Source: an uncultured Ignavibacteriaceae bacterium
Lineage (GTDB): Bacteria > Bacteroidota > Ignavibacteria > UBA10030
Length of the DNA: 54,020 nucleotides
Direction of reading: 5' to 3'
Assembly: GCA_964614245.1 (NCBI GenBank)
Contig: CAZTKU010000001.1
Location: 1 to 54,020, forward strand
The position numbers were made by a program, and so were the translations under genes. The notes under the pieces are model-generated. The model made no database searches, had not been told where the DNA came from, and saw only the letters and a list, made by a program, of their open reading frames with translations. Shown piece by piece: positions 41,132-50,476 of the stretch. Position 1 is the stretch's first letter. Every line of letters starts with the position of its first letter.

Positions 41132-41428
41132 CTACTGAAACTTGATGTCTAGTACAACTTCCTGCCCGAGCGTGCTGTTGATTTTCAGCATGATCTCTTT
41201 CTTCCGCATGGTCAGTTCGTTTCTCCACGCGCTTGTTCTTACTGAGACGAAGAGCACGCCGCGTGAAATTTTTGTCGCCGTTGTCGCACGCGCAATCTTC
41301 TCTCCAACGATTTCCTCCCAGCGCAACACCGCCTCATACGCCAGCAGCTTTTTCTTGATACCGAGCTTCCCGACAAGCTCATCCAGCGCCTCGCCCAACG
41401 GCTTCGCAGATGATGTTGCCCGCCTCAT
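41132..41428 (-). CDS. DUF721 (DciA-like) protein
   Basis: LGEALDELV...W.EIVGEKIA..T...ISRGVLFVSV.TSAWRNEL pattern. Sits between recF and gyrB, the classic DUF721 position. Start placed at MRRATSS, 1 nt after the recF stop. Confidence 0.75.
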   Translation of the reverse strand: MRRATSSAKPLGEALDELVGKLGIKKKLLAYEAVLRWEEIVGEKIARATTATKISRGVLFVSVRTSAWRNELTMRKKEIMLKINSTLGQEVVLDIKFQ

Positions 41429-41429
41429 C

Positions 41430-42554
41430 CTAGGCGACCGCGCCCTGTTGAACAAAGAATTTCCTGCTTCGTGTCCCCCAGTCGAAATCAGCCGGGAACA
41501 CCGCTTCGCTTGTCGATGTTATGAACGCCTGCCCCAGCGAGTGTATAAGCCCGAGCAGTCCCTCTGAACGGTGAGCATCAAGTTCGCCAAAAATGTCATC
41601 TAACAGCAAGAGTGGGCTCTCGCTGCGGGCGTTCTGCAAATAGAAGAATTCTGCTACCTTTAGAGCTATCAAGAGGCTTTTGTGCTGCCCTTGGGAGGCA
41701 TACCTTCGCAGATCTAAGCCGTGCATTTTTAACTCCAGCTCATCCCTGTGTGGTCCAACGCTTGAAGTGGCGGTTTGCATTTCTTCCTCTCGTCGGCGTT
41801 CAAGCTCCTGCTTAAACAGCCCTCGCAAGTCTTCCTCGCTTGTTGATTCCTCGTGCTCCACGGATGCCTTATAGTGCACCGTTGGCTCCTCGCCTTCCCC
41901 TGCCAGTTTCTCATAGGCTTCCTGAACGAGCGGCTGAAATTCCGCGAGAAACGCTTTCCGTCGCACCATAATCCTCGCGCCGCGATCTATGAGCTCGGTA
42001 TTCCAAGGGTCTAGCAGCTCGCTCCGGTCCACCCGCGCCATCTTTGCGTCCAGCAGGATCCTGTTCCGCTGTTTCACCACGCGCCGGTATTCGACGAGAT
42101 CTTCGAGATAGACTCTGCTCGATTGTGCAATAACAAAATCCATGAACTTCCGCCGCTCGGCCGGCGCCCCGGCTGTAATCGCGTTGCTCTCTGGCGACAG
42201 AACAACGACAGGAAACTGTCCAATGATATCTGCAGATCGGTCAATTGGCGCCTTGTTAACGCTGATTTCTTTCTCCTTTGCTTCCGCATCGTACCGCACT
42301 CCCACGTCATATCGCACCCCGCTGTCCCCCACAAACTCTCCGCTTACTGCAAACCTGTTCTTGCCGATTTGCAGAACGGTGCTGTCGCTGGCCCCAAAGA
42401 AGCTTTTCGTCAGACACAGGTACGAGATCCCCTCCAGCAGATTCGTCTTCCCCTGACCGTTCTCGCCGATGAGTCCATTCACGCAATCGCTGCACTCGAC
42501 TGTTGTGCGCGCGTGATTACGAAAACTTGATATCTCAAGATGCTTCAGCTTCAT
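41430..42554 (-). CDS. recF: DNA replication/repair protein RecF
   Basis: FRNH, Walker A GENGQGKTNLLEGI, signature SQGQHKS, Walker B LLLLDDIFGELD. Confidence 0.9.
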   Translation of the reverse strand: MKLKHLEISSFRNHARTTVECSDCVNGLIGENGQGKTNLLEGISYLCLTKSFFGASDSTVLQIGKNRFAVSGEFVGDSGVRYDVGVRYDAEAKEKEISVNKAPIDRSADIIGQFPVVVLSPESNAITAGAPAERRKFMDFVIAQSSRVYLEDLVEYRRVVKQRNRILLDAKMARVDRSELLDPWNTELIDRGARIMVRRKAFLAEFQPLVQEAYEKLAGEGEEPTVHYKASVEHEESTSEEDLRGLFKQELERRREEEMQTATSSVGPHRDELELKMHGLDLRRYASQGQHKSLLIALKVAEFFYLQNARSESPLLLLDDIFGELDAHRSEGLLGLIHSLGQAFITSTSEAVFPADFDWGTRSRKFFVQQGAVA

Positions 42555-42644
42555 TCACCGGCCGCTCACTTACAAAGCGATAGCCCCGCTCCCGCCGCGC
42601 GAGATGGGGCTATCCACAAGAGTACATCAACGCCTCTTCTCCAA

Positions 42645-43760
42645 TTACGCATTCAAACGCATTGGCATAACCAACATCAGCACATCCTCGTTCGGCTTCT
42701 GCTTCGCAGGCATCACGATCGCGGCCCGAACCGCAGTTCCGAGCTTGAACTGAACCTCGTCGGTGTCAATGTGCGACAGGATGTCCACCAGGTAGGTGGA
42801 GTTGAATCCTATCTCGAGGTCCTCGCCTGCATAGAGGCACGGTATTTTCTCCTTTGCCTCTCCACCAAAATCAATATCTTCCGCCATAACCCTAAGTTCG
42901 TTTTTCTTGAGAGAGCAGCGAACCTGCCGGGTCGTTGAGCTTGAATACAATGCAACGCGGCGAACGGAGGCCAGTATCAGCTCCCGGTTTACCGTTAGGC
43001 TCTTATCGTTGTCAAGCGGAATAACAGATTCATAATTCGGGTAGCTCTCCTCTATTACCCTCGATGTAAGCGTTGTTGTGCCGAAGCTGAACTGCGCGTG
43101 CGTTGAGTCCAGCGAAAGTGTATTCTCGCCGTCTTCCACTGAGCGGCCGACCAGATTCAGTGCTTTGGCCGGCACGATGATTTCTCTCTTGAGCTTTGAA
43201 TGTTTGAGCCCCGTGTAATTGATTCGAACCAGTCGGTGACCATCCGTTGCGACTGCACGAAGCTCGTTTTCTTTCACCTGCAGGAGTACTCCTGTCATCG
43301 CTGGTCGGAGTTCGTCGGTACTCACGGAAAATATGGTTCGATGAATAAGCTTCCGCAGTAGGTCCCCGTCGAGAACTATTTTTTCCTCCGCTTTGAATTG
43401 GGGTGTTTTTGGAAATTCCTCGCTTGAATCCCCCATTATAACATACTCACCCATCTCTGTTATCATCCTGACTTTGTTCGCGGCAAGGTCTGCATGAAAA
43501 ACCAATTGGACTTCTGGAAGGGACCGGATTGTTTCCATGAGCCTTTTCGCCGGCATGGCGATCGATCCATCTTCCCCTCCCTTTAGATCCAGGCTGGTTG
43601 ACATTGAAATTTCGAGATCGGTTGCAGCCAGGTGGAGAGTATTCTTGGAAAGTTGGAAGAGGATGTTTTCTAATATGGGAAGAGTTGATTTCGCAGGAAC
43701 AACACCACTAATCTTGCTCAACGCTTTCTGGAGTTCGTTGCTACCAACGGTGAATTTCAT
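42645..43760 (-). CDS. dnaN: DNA polymerase III beta sliding clamp
   Basis: MKFTV...L.KAL..ISGVV..KSTLPILENILF. 371 aa, position between dnaA and recF. Confidence 0.95.
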   Translation of the reverse strand: MKFTVGSNELQKALSKISGVVPAKSTLPILENILFQLSKNTLHLAATDLEISMSTSLDLKGGEDGSIAMPAKRLMETIRSLPEVQLVFHADLAANKVRMITEMGEYVIMGDSSEEFPKTPQFKAEEKIVLDGDLLRKLIHRTIFSVSTDELRPAMTGVLLQVKENELRAVATDGHRLVRINYTGLKHSKLKREIIVPAKALNLVGRSVEDGENTLSLDSTHAQFSFGTTTLTSRVIEESYPNYESVIPLDNDKSLTVNRELILASVRRVALYSSSTTRQVRCSLKKNELRVMAEDIDFGGEAKEKIPCLYAGEDLEIGFNSTYLVDILSHIDTDEVQFKLGTAVRAAIVMPAKQKPNEDVLMLVMPMRLNA

Positions 43761-44245
43761 TCAAATCTCCTTAGGAAGGGGTTGATCAGACGGGTGAGTT
43801 TGCATCAAAATACGATTTTTTCTGACCATTTACAACCTTATGTTGAGCGTGCTCTGACGGTTTATACTGGTATACTAAGTAAGTACATATTAGAAAGAAA
43901 ATAAATAACAACACTTCTTATGATGTTGATATGAGTATATCATCGGTGATTTCAATCAAGCATGTCGTGTTCAGATGGGAAGAAAGCATGGTTAGAGATC
44001 AGAATTTGTGTGGAAAGGTAGTTGACGAAGAGGACAGTTATCAACAACAATTGCAAAAACTGGGAGATCTCAGTACACGAACCAGAGTAATTAACACGAA
44101 TCTAACATCTAGTCACACAGTTTTACAGGGGGAAGCAACATAAGGACCGCAAAGAAGGTTAAAACAGCCTACAGTGAGTTTAACGGAAGAGAAAACAGAC
44201 CGCAATGAAGGAAAGCAAAGCAGCCAGGCGTGGTGTCGAAGCCGA
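43761..44245. other. Candidate oriC segment (dnaA-dnaN spacer) with AT-rich unwinding region and DnaA-box-like 9-mers
   Basis: Very AT-rich stretch about 43861-43940. TTATCAACA at 44038-44046, TGTTGATAT (= ATATCAACA) at 43924-43932, TGTGGAAAG at 44009-44017. Confidence 0.55.
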
Positions 44246-45727
44246 CTATTTGCCACTCATCTCTATTCGTCTCCGCAACTGATCAAGATTTTGCCTGAAA
44301 GCAGGGTCATTTCTTGTGCGATCAACAATTGTCTGGTATGCGTGGATGACCGTGCTGTGGTCGCGACCACCGAAATGCAGACCGATGGTCTTGAGAGAGG
44401 AGTTTGTCAGTTCCTTGGCAAGATACATCGCTACCTGCCGTGCGTTCACAATCTCCTGTTTTCGCGTCTTTGCTCGCAGCAAATCGTCTGGAATATCATA
44501 GAATTCGCAAACGATGCGTTGAATTTGATCAATGTTAATGGGCGATTTGAGCTCATTTACCACTACTCGCAGAACGTCACGAGCAAGCTCAACGTTAACC
44601 TCTCTGTTGTCGAGAGATGCACGGGCAATTAGGCTAATGAGGCAGCCCTCGAGCTCGCGGATATTGCTTGTGACATTTGCAGCGATAAAATCAATAACAT
44701 CAGGAGGCAATTCAAAACGATTGTCTTCACTCTTCTTGCGGAGAATTGCGATGCGCGTCTCAAGATCTGGAGGCTGGATATCAGCTGTCAGGCCGGATTG
44801 AAACCGCGAGATCAATCGCTCGTCAAGACCTTTGAGTTCCTTTGGAGGGACGTCAGACGAGAGGACAATCTGTTTACCAAGCTGGTAAAGCGTGTTAAAG
44901 GTATGAAAGAAATTGTCCTGCGTTTTCTCTTTTCCGGAGAAGAATTGAATATCGTCGACAATCAAGAGATCAACACTACGGTAGAAATGGGAAAACTCGT
45001 TGACACGATCAGCCTGAATCGCTTCAACGAATTCAATGGTAAACTTCTCGCTGGAAACGTACACCGCGCGCTTGGTCTTACCTAAAGCAAGGGCATGGTT
45101 CCCAAGGGCATGCATCAAATGTGTCTTCCCCAGACCGGTTCCCCCATAAACGACAAGCGGGTTGAACGAGGTGCCGCCGGGGTTGTTGGCAACAGCCAGA
45201 GCTGCAGCCCGTGCAAGTTGGTTGCTGTCGCCCTTGATGAAGTTCTCAAAGGTGTACCGCGGATTGAGATTACTCTGGGCCGGTAGAAAGTCAATCTGCC
45301 GGAAGGCAGTCCGGGGTGGAAAAGGAGAGGATGTCGAGGACAATACGGCCAGCGATTCACTTGCTTGACGGCCGCCAAGTGGAACATCGGGGTGCTCAGC
45401 CACCTCGGCGGGCTTCTCTTCTACAGCGATCGAGTAGTACAGCTTTGCATGTTCGCCGAGCACACTGCTAATCGTTTCCCGAACAAGGGAATTGTAGTGT
45501 TGCTCAACCCAATCGTAAAAGAACTGGCTCGGGACCTGAACAGTGAGTTCATTAGCGACGAGTTTTTGAGGTGTGATCGGTTGGAACCAAGTCTTGAAGC
45601 TCAGGCTTGTAACTCTCTGCCGGATTTTCTCTAAGCAGATATTCCAAACGCGTCGCGCTTCTGTTTCAGTCTCCGTTAAGTCTCGGTCAACTTCTTCAAC
45701 CGGCATGGCGGCTTCTTTGTAGTCCAT
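44246..45727 (-). CDS. dnaA: Chromosomal replication initiator DnaA
   Basis: NPLVVYGGTGLGKTHLMHA, DDIQF, and a C-terminal DNA-binding region LKTIGLHFGGRDHSTVIHA. Confidence 0.95.
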   Translation of the reverse strand: MDYKEAAMPVEEVDRDLTETETEARRVWNICLEKIRQRVTSLSFKTWFQPITPQKLVANELTVQVPSQFFYDWVEQHYNSLVRETISSVLGEHAKLYYSIAVEEKPAEVAEHPDVPLGGRQASESLAVLSSTSSPFPPRTAFRQIDFLPAQSNLNPRYTFENFIKGDSNQLARAAALAVANNPGGTSFNPLVVYGGTGLGKTHLMHALGNHALALGKTKRAVYVSSEKFTIEFVEAIQADRVNEFSHFYRSVDLLIVDDIQFFSGKEKTQDNFFHTFNTLYQLGKQIVLSSDVPPKELKGLDERLISRFQSGLTADIQPPDLETRIAILRKKSEDNRFELPPDVIDFIAANVTSNIRELEGCLISLIARASLDNREVNVELARDVLRVVVNELKSPINIDQIQRIVCEFYDIPDDLLRAKTRKQEIVNARQVAMYLAKELTNSSLKTIGLHFGGRDHSTVIHAYQTIVDRTRNDPAFRQNLDQLRRRIEMSGK

Positions 45728-46262
45728 ACAACGGATATTAAAGGAAAGATTGCGAAAGTTATCAACGGAAAGCGCACACAGAAACTAACAGCGTGGAAAT
45801 ATAATAATCTAGAGGCTTAAGTTAAGGAATCGACTTATCAACATGACATGATCGCAGCAACTCCAAGTGTTTTCAAGGACTCTTGCGGTTAATAACAGGG
45901 ATATCAACATAAGAACCGAGGAGAAAAAAGCCCGACGGCACAGGCGGAAAAGTAAGCAGCAGGTCCCGCAGAGATTGTCCACAAGTTATAAACATCAAAA
46001 CTATTATCCTGCGGGGGCATGAGTATAACACGACAATAGTCATTACGCAAGGAAAAAAATTACAATACGCGTGTATGTGGAGGGGAGATCCTCCCGATAA
46101 GTACAGGTTAGGGTGAGCGGGTGTTGAGGGGGGCCGAGCCGCACGGCCACATGAAAGGGAAAAGTTTAGGTAGTAGAGGTTTCTTGGAAATGGGGAGAAG
46201 GTTTCGTATCGTACATAGCTAAAGTGAAGAATTATAGGTGTGCATAATGGCGAAGAGGAGCA
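45728..46262. other. Candidate oriC segment / dnaA-rpmH divergent promoter region with DnaA-box-like 9-mers
   Basis: TTATCAACG 45759-45767, TTATCAACA 45835-45843, ATATCAACA 45901-45909, TTGTCCACA 45975-45983. Confidence 0.5.
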
Positions 46263-46409
46263 ATGAAGAGAACCTATCAACCACATCGTCGCAAACGGCA
46301 GAATAAGCATGGCTTTAGGGCCCGCATGGCAACCCGGAATGGTCGCAAAGTGCTGGCAAGACGGCGGGCAAAAGGACGGCATCGGCTGACGGTGAGCGAC
46401 GAAAGGTAA
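46263..46409 (+). CDS. rpmH: 50S ribosomal protein L34
   Basis: Not in the ORF track (48 aa). [48 protein letters not shown], with GAGGAG 5 nt upstream of the ATG. Confidence 0.95.
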   Translation: MKRTYQPHRRKRQNKHGFRARMATRNGRKVLARRRAKGRHRLTVSDER

Positions 46410-46428
46410 AACCACACGCCAAACGGTG

Positions 46429-46824
46429 ATGCCGCCACGGCTGACATTGAGAAAACGAGAAATCCTTCGGGGCTATCAATCCTTCTCCACCATTCTTTCG
46501 AAAGGCCGATCTCTTCAAGCGGGAACGGTACGCTGCTACTTTCTGGTTGGCCAAGGCGAAGGGAAGGGTGTGAAGGCTGGATTTACCGTCAGTCGCAGCA
46601 TTCGCGAAGCTGCAGCGCGAAACCGGCTGCGTCGATTCTTAAGGGAAGCGTACCGAATGAATAAACAAATCTTGCTGAAAGCCGGAATTGAACGCGCGCA
46701 CAACGTCGAGCTCGTGCTGATGTGTGCTCCTGCCGCCGAGACAAATCCGAAAAGGCTAACCTACGACTCGATCGAGCGCCCGGTCATCAGCCTGCTTACA
46801 GATGTGAGCCGACGGCTGTCGTAG
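46429..46824 (+). CDS. rnpA: Ribonuclease P protein component
   Basis: Position directly after rpmH. Basic N-terminus RLTLRKREILRGYQSFSTILSKG. GTG at 46426 or ATG at 46429. Confidence 0.8.
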   Translation: MPPRLTLRKREILRGYQSFSTILSKGRSLQAGTVRCYFLVGQGEGKGVKAGFTVSRSIREAAARNRLRRFLREAYRMNKQILLKAGIERAHNVELVLMCAPAAETNPKRLTYDSIERPVISLLTDVSRRLS

Positions 46825-46830
46825 CCCCCA

Positions 46831-47046
46831 ATGAAGACCGCCCTGATATTCATGGTACGAGCATACCAAGCCGCGGTATCACCGATACTGCCGTTTAATC
46901 ACTGCCGGTTTGTGCCGTCCTGTTCTGATTACTCCATCGAAGCAGTTGAGAGGCATGGGGTAGCCAAGGGCATGCTCCTTGCTACGCGCAGGATCCTCCG
47001 ATGCCAGCCATTCCATAAGCATAATGTCTACGATCCGGTTCCTTAG
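46831..47046 (+). CDS. yidD: Membrane protein insertion efficiency factor YidD
   Basis: YQAAVSPILP..CRFVPSCSDYSIEAVERHG..KG..L...RILRCQPF. Confidence 0.9.
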   Translation: MKTALIFMVRAYQAAVSPILPFNHCRFVPSCSDYSIEAVERHGVAKGMLLATRRILRCQPFHKHNVYDPVP

Positions 47047-47082
47047 CAGTCAATCCACACGAAACCCATTCTAAGGCCTTCA

Positions 47083-48882
47083 ATGGACCGGCAAGCGATT
47101 CTTGGGTACGTCCTGATCTTCATCCTTCTCGTTGCATGGTTGTGGCTGAACTCGCCGCAACCAAAGCAGCAGGATCTGCCGCAGCAGGATGTCCGCACGC
47201 AAACACAGGTTCAAGACACCGTCAAAGAAAAACAAGCGGAGCCGGTACAGGAGAAAGCCGTCCCAACCGCCCCAGCCGAGCCGCTGGGGAAATTCTTTGC
47301 AGGCCGGGGAACAGGCGCCGAGAGAGTCATCACGATCGAGACCGATCTTTTCACGGCAGAGATAACAACTCGGGGCGGGTTGGTGAGAAAATGGGAGCTC
47401 AAAAAGTACACAACCTGGGACGGGCAGGCGGTTCAGTTGGTGGATTATGAGAAAAAAGGAGATTTTAGTCTTTTATTCACAACGACGGATGGACGGCTGA
47501 TCAATACGCGAGATCTCTACTTCGGTGTCGCGTACGCTGGTGGCGGAACGGTCAAACTATCAGGCGAGGAGGAATTTAGCGTTGATCTGATCCTGGCAAC
47601 GACAACGGGTGGGAAGATTGCAAAACGGTTCCGATTCAAGAATGGTGAATACGGATTCCACGCGGAACTGAAATTTAGTCGCATGACTGACGTCATTGCA
47701 AACTTTGAATATCAGGTAGTTTGGGAAAGCGGTCTTCGGTATGCGGAGCACAACAGCATTGATGAGTCGGGTTTCGCGGCGGCGTACGCCTACGCGGGCA
47801 AAGAACTGACGGAGATCGATGCACCGCAGGTTGATGAACGACCGCAGAAGAACCTCTCGGGGCTCATTGATTGGGTTGCGACGCGTACGAAGTACTTCGC
47901 GCTCGCGCTCATTCCGAAGGAAGGCACAAGCGAAGGGGCATATCTTGAGGGTTCCCATCGGGCCGCACCCGACAAGGGAGCCATTGAATCATACAGCATT
48001 GCCGTGCGGATGCCATTTAAGGGAGGGACTGAAGAAACCAGCGAGTTCAGAGTCTATTTCGGCCCAGTCGACTATGATCTCCTCAAATCTTACGGCAAGG
48101 GGCTTGAGCAAATCGTTAGCTTGGGGTGGGCTTGGCTTATCAGGCCGATCTCCGAGTATGTCATGCTGCCCCTGATGAGCGCCCTCCACTATGTTGTGCC
48201 GAACTGGGGGGTTGTGATTATCCTTTTCTCCATTATCATAAAGATCGCTCTCCACCCGCTGACCAGAAGCAGCATGCGGTCAATGAAAAAAATGCAAGCG
48301 CTGCAGCCGCTGATGAATGAGATCCGGGAGAAGTACAAAGACGACCCCCAGAAGATGAATCAGCAGGTTCTGAACTTGTACAAGGAATATGGGGTTAATC
48401 CGGCGGGCGGATGCCTGCCGATGCTTCTCCAGTTACCGATTCTCATTGCACTCTACAACGTTTTCCGTGCGACCATCGAGCTGCGTCAAGCCAACTTTGT
48501 CTGGTGGATTGACGACCTGTCGATACCCGACAAAATTGTCACCCTTCCGTTTGAGATCCCATTCTTCGGTGTTAGGGATGTTAGCGGTCTCGCGCTGCTC
48601 ATGGGCATTACAACCTTCATCCAGCAGAAAATGACCGTTAAAGATCCTCGCCAGAAAGCGATGGTCTGGATGATGCCCCTATTGATGACCCTTCTGTTTA
48701 ACGGATTCCCTTCGGGTTTGAACCTCTATTACTTCGTATTCAACATCCTCTCTATTGGTCAACAAATGCTGATCAACCGCCAGGCGGAGGAGGAGCCACT
48801 GCGCAAGGTCGAACCGAAGAAGAGAAAGCAAGGAGGAATATTTGGAAGGATCGGAAAGGATCTTCCGCGGTTGAAGAAATGA
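47083..48882 (+). CDS. yidC: Membrane protein insertase YidC
   Basis: N-terminal TM, large periplasmic domain, conserved core WGVVIILFSIIIKIALHPLT...GCLPMLLQLPILIALY. Confidence 0.9.
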   Translation: MDRQAILGYVLIFILLVAWLWLNSPQPKQQDLPQQDVRTQTQVQDTVKEKQAEPVQEKAVPTAPAEPLGKFFAGRGTGAERVITIETDLFTAEITTRGGLVRKWELKKYTTWDGQAVQLVDYEKKGDFSLLFTTTDGRLINTRDLYFGVAYAGGGTVKLSGEEEFSVDLILATTTGGKIAKRFRFKNGEYGFHAELKFSRMTDVIANFEYQVVWESGLRYAEHNSIDESGFAAAYAYAGKELTEIDAPQVDERPQKNLSGLIDWVATRTKYFALALIPKEGTSEGAYLEGSHRAAPDKGAIESYSIAVRMPFKGGTEETSEFRVYFGPVDYDLLKSYGKGLEQIVSLGWAWLIRPISEYVMLPLMSALHYVVPNWGVVIILFSIIIKIALHPLTRSSMRSMKKMQALQPLMNEIREKYKDDPQKMNQQVLNLYKEYGVNPAGGCLPMLLQLPILIALYNVFRATIELRQANFVWWIDDLSIPDKIVTLPFEIPFFGVRDVSGLALLMGITTFIQQKMTVKDPRQKAMVWMMPLLMTLLFNGFPSGLNLYYFVFNILSIGQQMLINRQAEEEPLRKVEPKKRKQGGIFGRIGKDLPRLKK

Positions 48883-48909
48883 CGTCGGCTGAACCCGAGA
48901 AATCTCGAG

Positions 48910-48942
48910 GCCCCGCTCCAAACGAGCGGGGCTTTTTTGTTT
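48910..48942 (+). terminator. Rho-independent terminator after yidC
   Basis: GCCCCGCTC-CAAAC-GAGCGGGGC perfect 9-bp stem followed by TTTTTTGTTTT. Confidence 0.8.
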
Positions 48943-49016
48943 TACCGTGCTTGGTTTGTAAATCGGAATGCGTTTTTGTACATTGACGTTTGCCGAAGAA
49001 ACAGCGATGGGATGTT

Positions 49017-50432
49017 ATGGTGATGTTGATCCACGAGTCTGATACAATAGCCGCGATTGCCACACCGATAGGAGAGGGGGGCATTTCTGTAATCCGAATC
49101 AGCGGCCGAGATGCGATTGCGATCGCACAGCTGGGCTTCCGTGGAAAAGCCGATCTGGACAGCGTTGCGTCACATACAGCCCATTTTGGGACGTTTGTTG
49201 ACACGGCCGGTGGGGCCATTGATGATGTTGTGGCGCTTGTTTTCAGGAAGCCGCACTCCTATACCGGGGAAGATGTGGTGGAATTGAGCTGCCACGGCGG
49301 GATGTTCATTGCTCGGAAGCTTCTTGAAACAGCCATACGACTTGGAGCGAGGCAGGCTGAGCCCGGGGAGTTCACAAGGCGCGCCTTCCTGAACAGCAGA
49401 ATGGATCTCGCGCAGGCGGAAGCGGTTGCCGACCTCATTCATGCGCGCTCCCAAACGGCCCACCAATCATCGCTTTCTCAGCTGAAAGGAGCCCTCTCCG
49501 AGAAAATCAACTCCGTTCGAGATCAGTTGATTAACACAATTAGCCTTCTGGAGCTGGAGCTCGATTTCGCTGAAGAGGGCTACGAGTTTGCTAACAAGTC
49601 GGATGTCGTGTCTCAGATTAAGAACATTCTCAAGGAAATCGACGAACTGATTTCTTCATACCAAACGGGGAGAGTTTACAGAGACGGCGTGAGAGTTGTA
49701 CTCGCAGGCGCTCCAAACGTTGGAAAGTCAAGCCTGCTAAATGCCCTCCTTGAACAAAACCGGGCGATTGTCACCGAGATCCCCGGGACAACTCGCGACA
49801 CGATCGAGGAATCTTTGGCCATAAGCGGTTTATTATTTACCGTAACAGATACTGCTGGGTTGCGGGAAACGACGGACCCCATTGAACTGGAGGGGGTCAG
49901 ACGAGCAGAAGAGCAACTTTTGAACTCAGATTTGCTGCTTCTGATGTTTGATTCCTCTCGCGATCTTTCGGAGAGAGAAGTTACCTATGCCAGGAGATTG
50001 TTGGGGGACGCCAAAGCTATCGAGAAACCGGCTATGGCGGTTCTGAACAAGATTGATCTGAAGGAGCCGGACGAAGGCTTCTTAGCTCGGCTGGGAAGGC
50101 TGGGGGACGGACAACTGTCGGTTGAGATTTCGGCAAAAACGACGGAGGGACTTGACAAGCTCAAATCCCTACTGGTGGATCTAGCCCTCAAGGGGAAACG
50201 GATACCCTCCGAGAGCGGCATAACAGTGACTAACGCCCGGCACTATAGCGCCCTCGTCAAGTCGAAGGAGAGCTTGGAGCTGGCATTACAATCGTTGTCA
50301 GTCAGGCAAAGCGGGGAGTTTGTTGTAGTAGACCTGAGGAGTGCTTTGGACTCGCTCGGCACAATCACTGGGGTGGTCACAACCGAAGATATCCTGAACA
50401 GCATTTTTGCCAGTTTTTGTATAGGAAAATAG
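49017..50432 (+). CDS. mnmE: tRNA modification GTPase MnmE (TrmE)
   Basis: [23 protein letters not shown]1 [20 protein letters not shown] and the hallmark C-terminal CIGK. The start could be 49017 or 49023. Confidence 0.9.
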   Translation: MVMLIHESDTIAAIATPIGEGGISVIRISGRDAIAIAQLGFRGKADLDSVASHTAHFGTFVDTAGGAIDDVVALVFRKPHSYTGEDVVELSCHGGMFIARKLLETAIRLGARQAEPGEFTRRAFLNSRMDLAQAEAVADLIHARSQTAHQSSLSQLKGALSEKINSVRDQLINTISLLELELDFAEEGYEFANKSDVVSQIKNILKEIDELISSYQTGRVYRDGVRVVLAGAPNVGKSSLLNALLEQNRAIVTEIPGTTRDTIEESLAISGLLFTVTDTAGLRETTDPIELEGVRRAEEQLLNSDLLLLMFDSSRDLSEREVTYARRLLGDAKAIEKPAMAVLNKIDLKEPDEGFLARLGRLGDGQLSVEISAKTTEGLDKLKSLLVDLALKGKRIPSESGITVTNARHYSALVKSKESLELALQSLSVRQSGEFVVVDLRSALDSLGTITGVVTTEDILNSIFASFCIGK

Positions 50433-50441
50433 ACAGCTCTG

Positions 50442-50459
50442 ATGTTTCACGTGAAACAT
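50442..50459. promoter_or_regulatory. 18-bp perfect palindrome ATGTTTCACGTGAAACAT in the mnmE-mnmG spacer
   Basis: Verified base by base. Lies 10 nt after the mnmE stop and 18 nt before the mnmG ATG. Confidence 0.6.
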
Positions 50460-50476
50460 ACGTATTTCGTGAGATC

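Noticed and set aside
43931-44143. 70-aa ORF in the dnaA-dnaN spacer
   Set aside because: It lies in the AT-rich, DnaA-box-bearing origin candidate. It has no RBS or recognisable fold and is more likely non-coding.
50417-50476. N-terminal extension of the mnmG ORF
   Set aside because: It overlaps the mnmE stop and merely translates the palindrome-containing spacer. MnmG family proteins start just before the GGGHAG motif.
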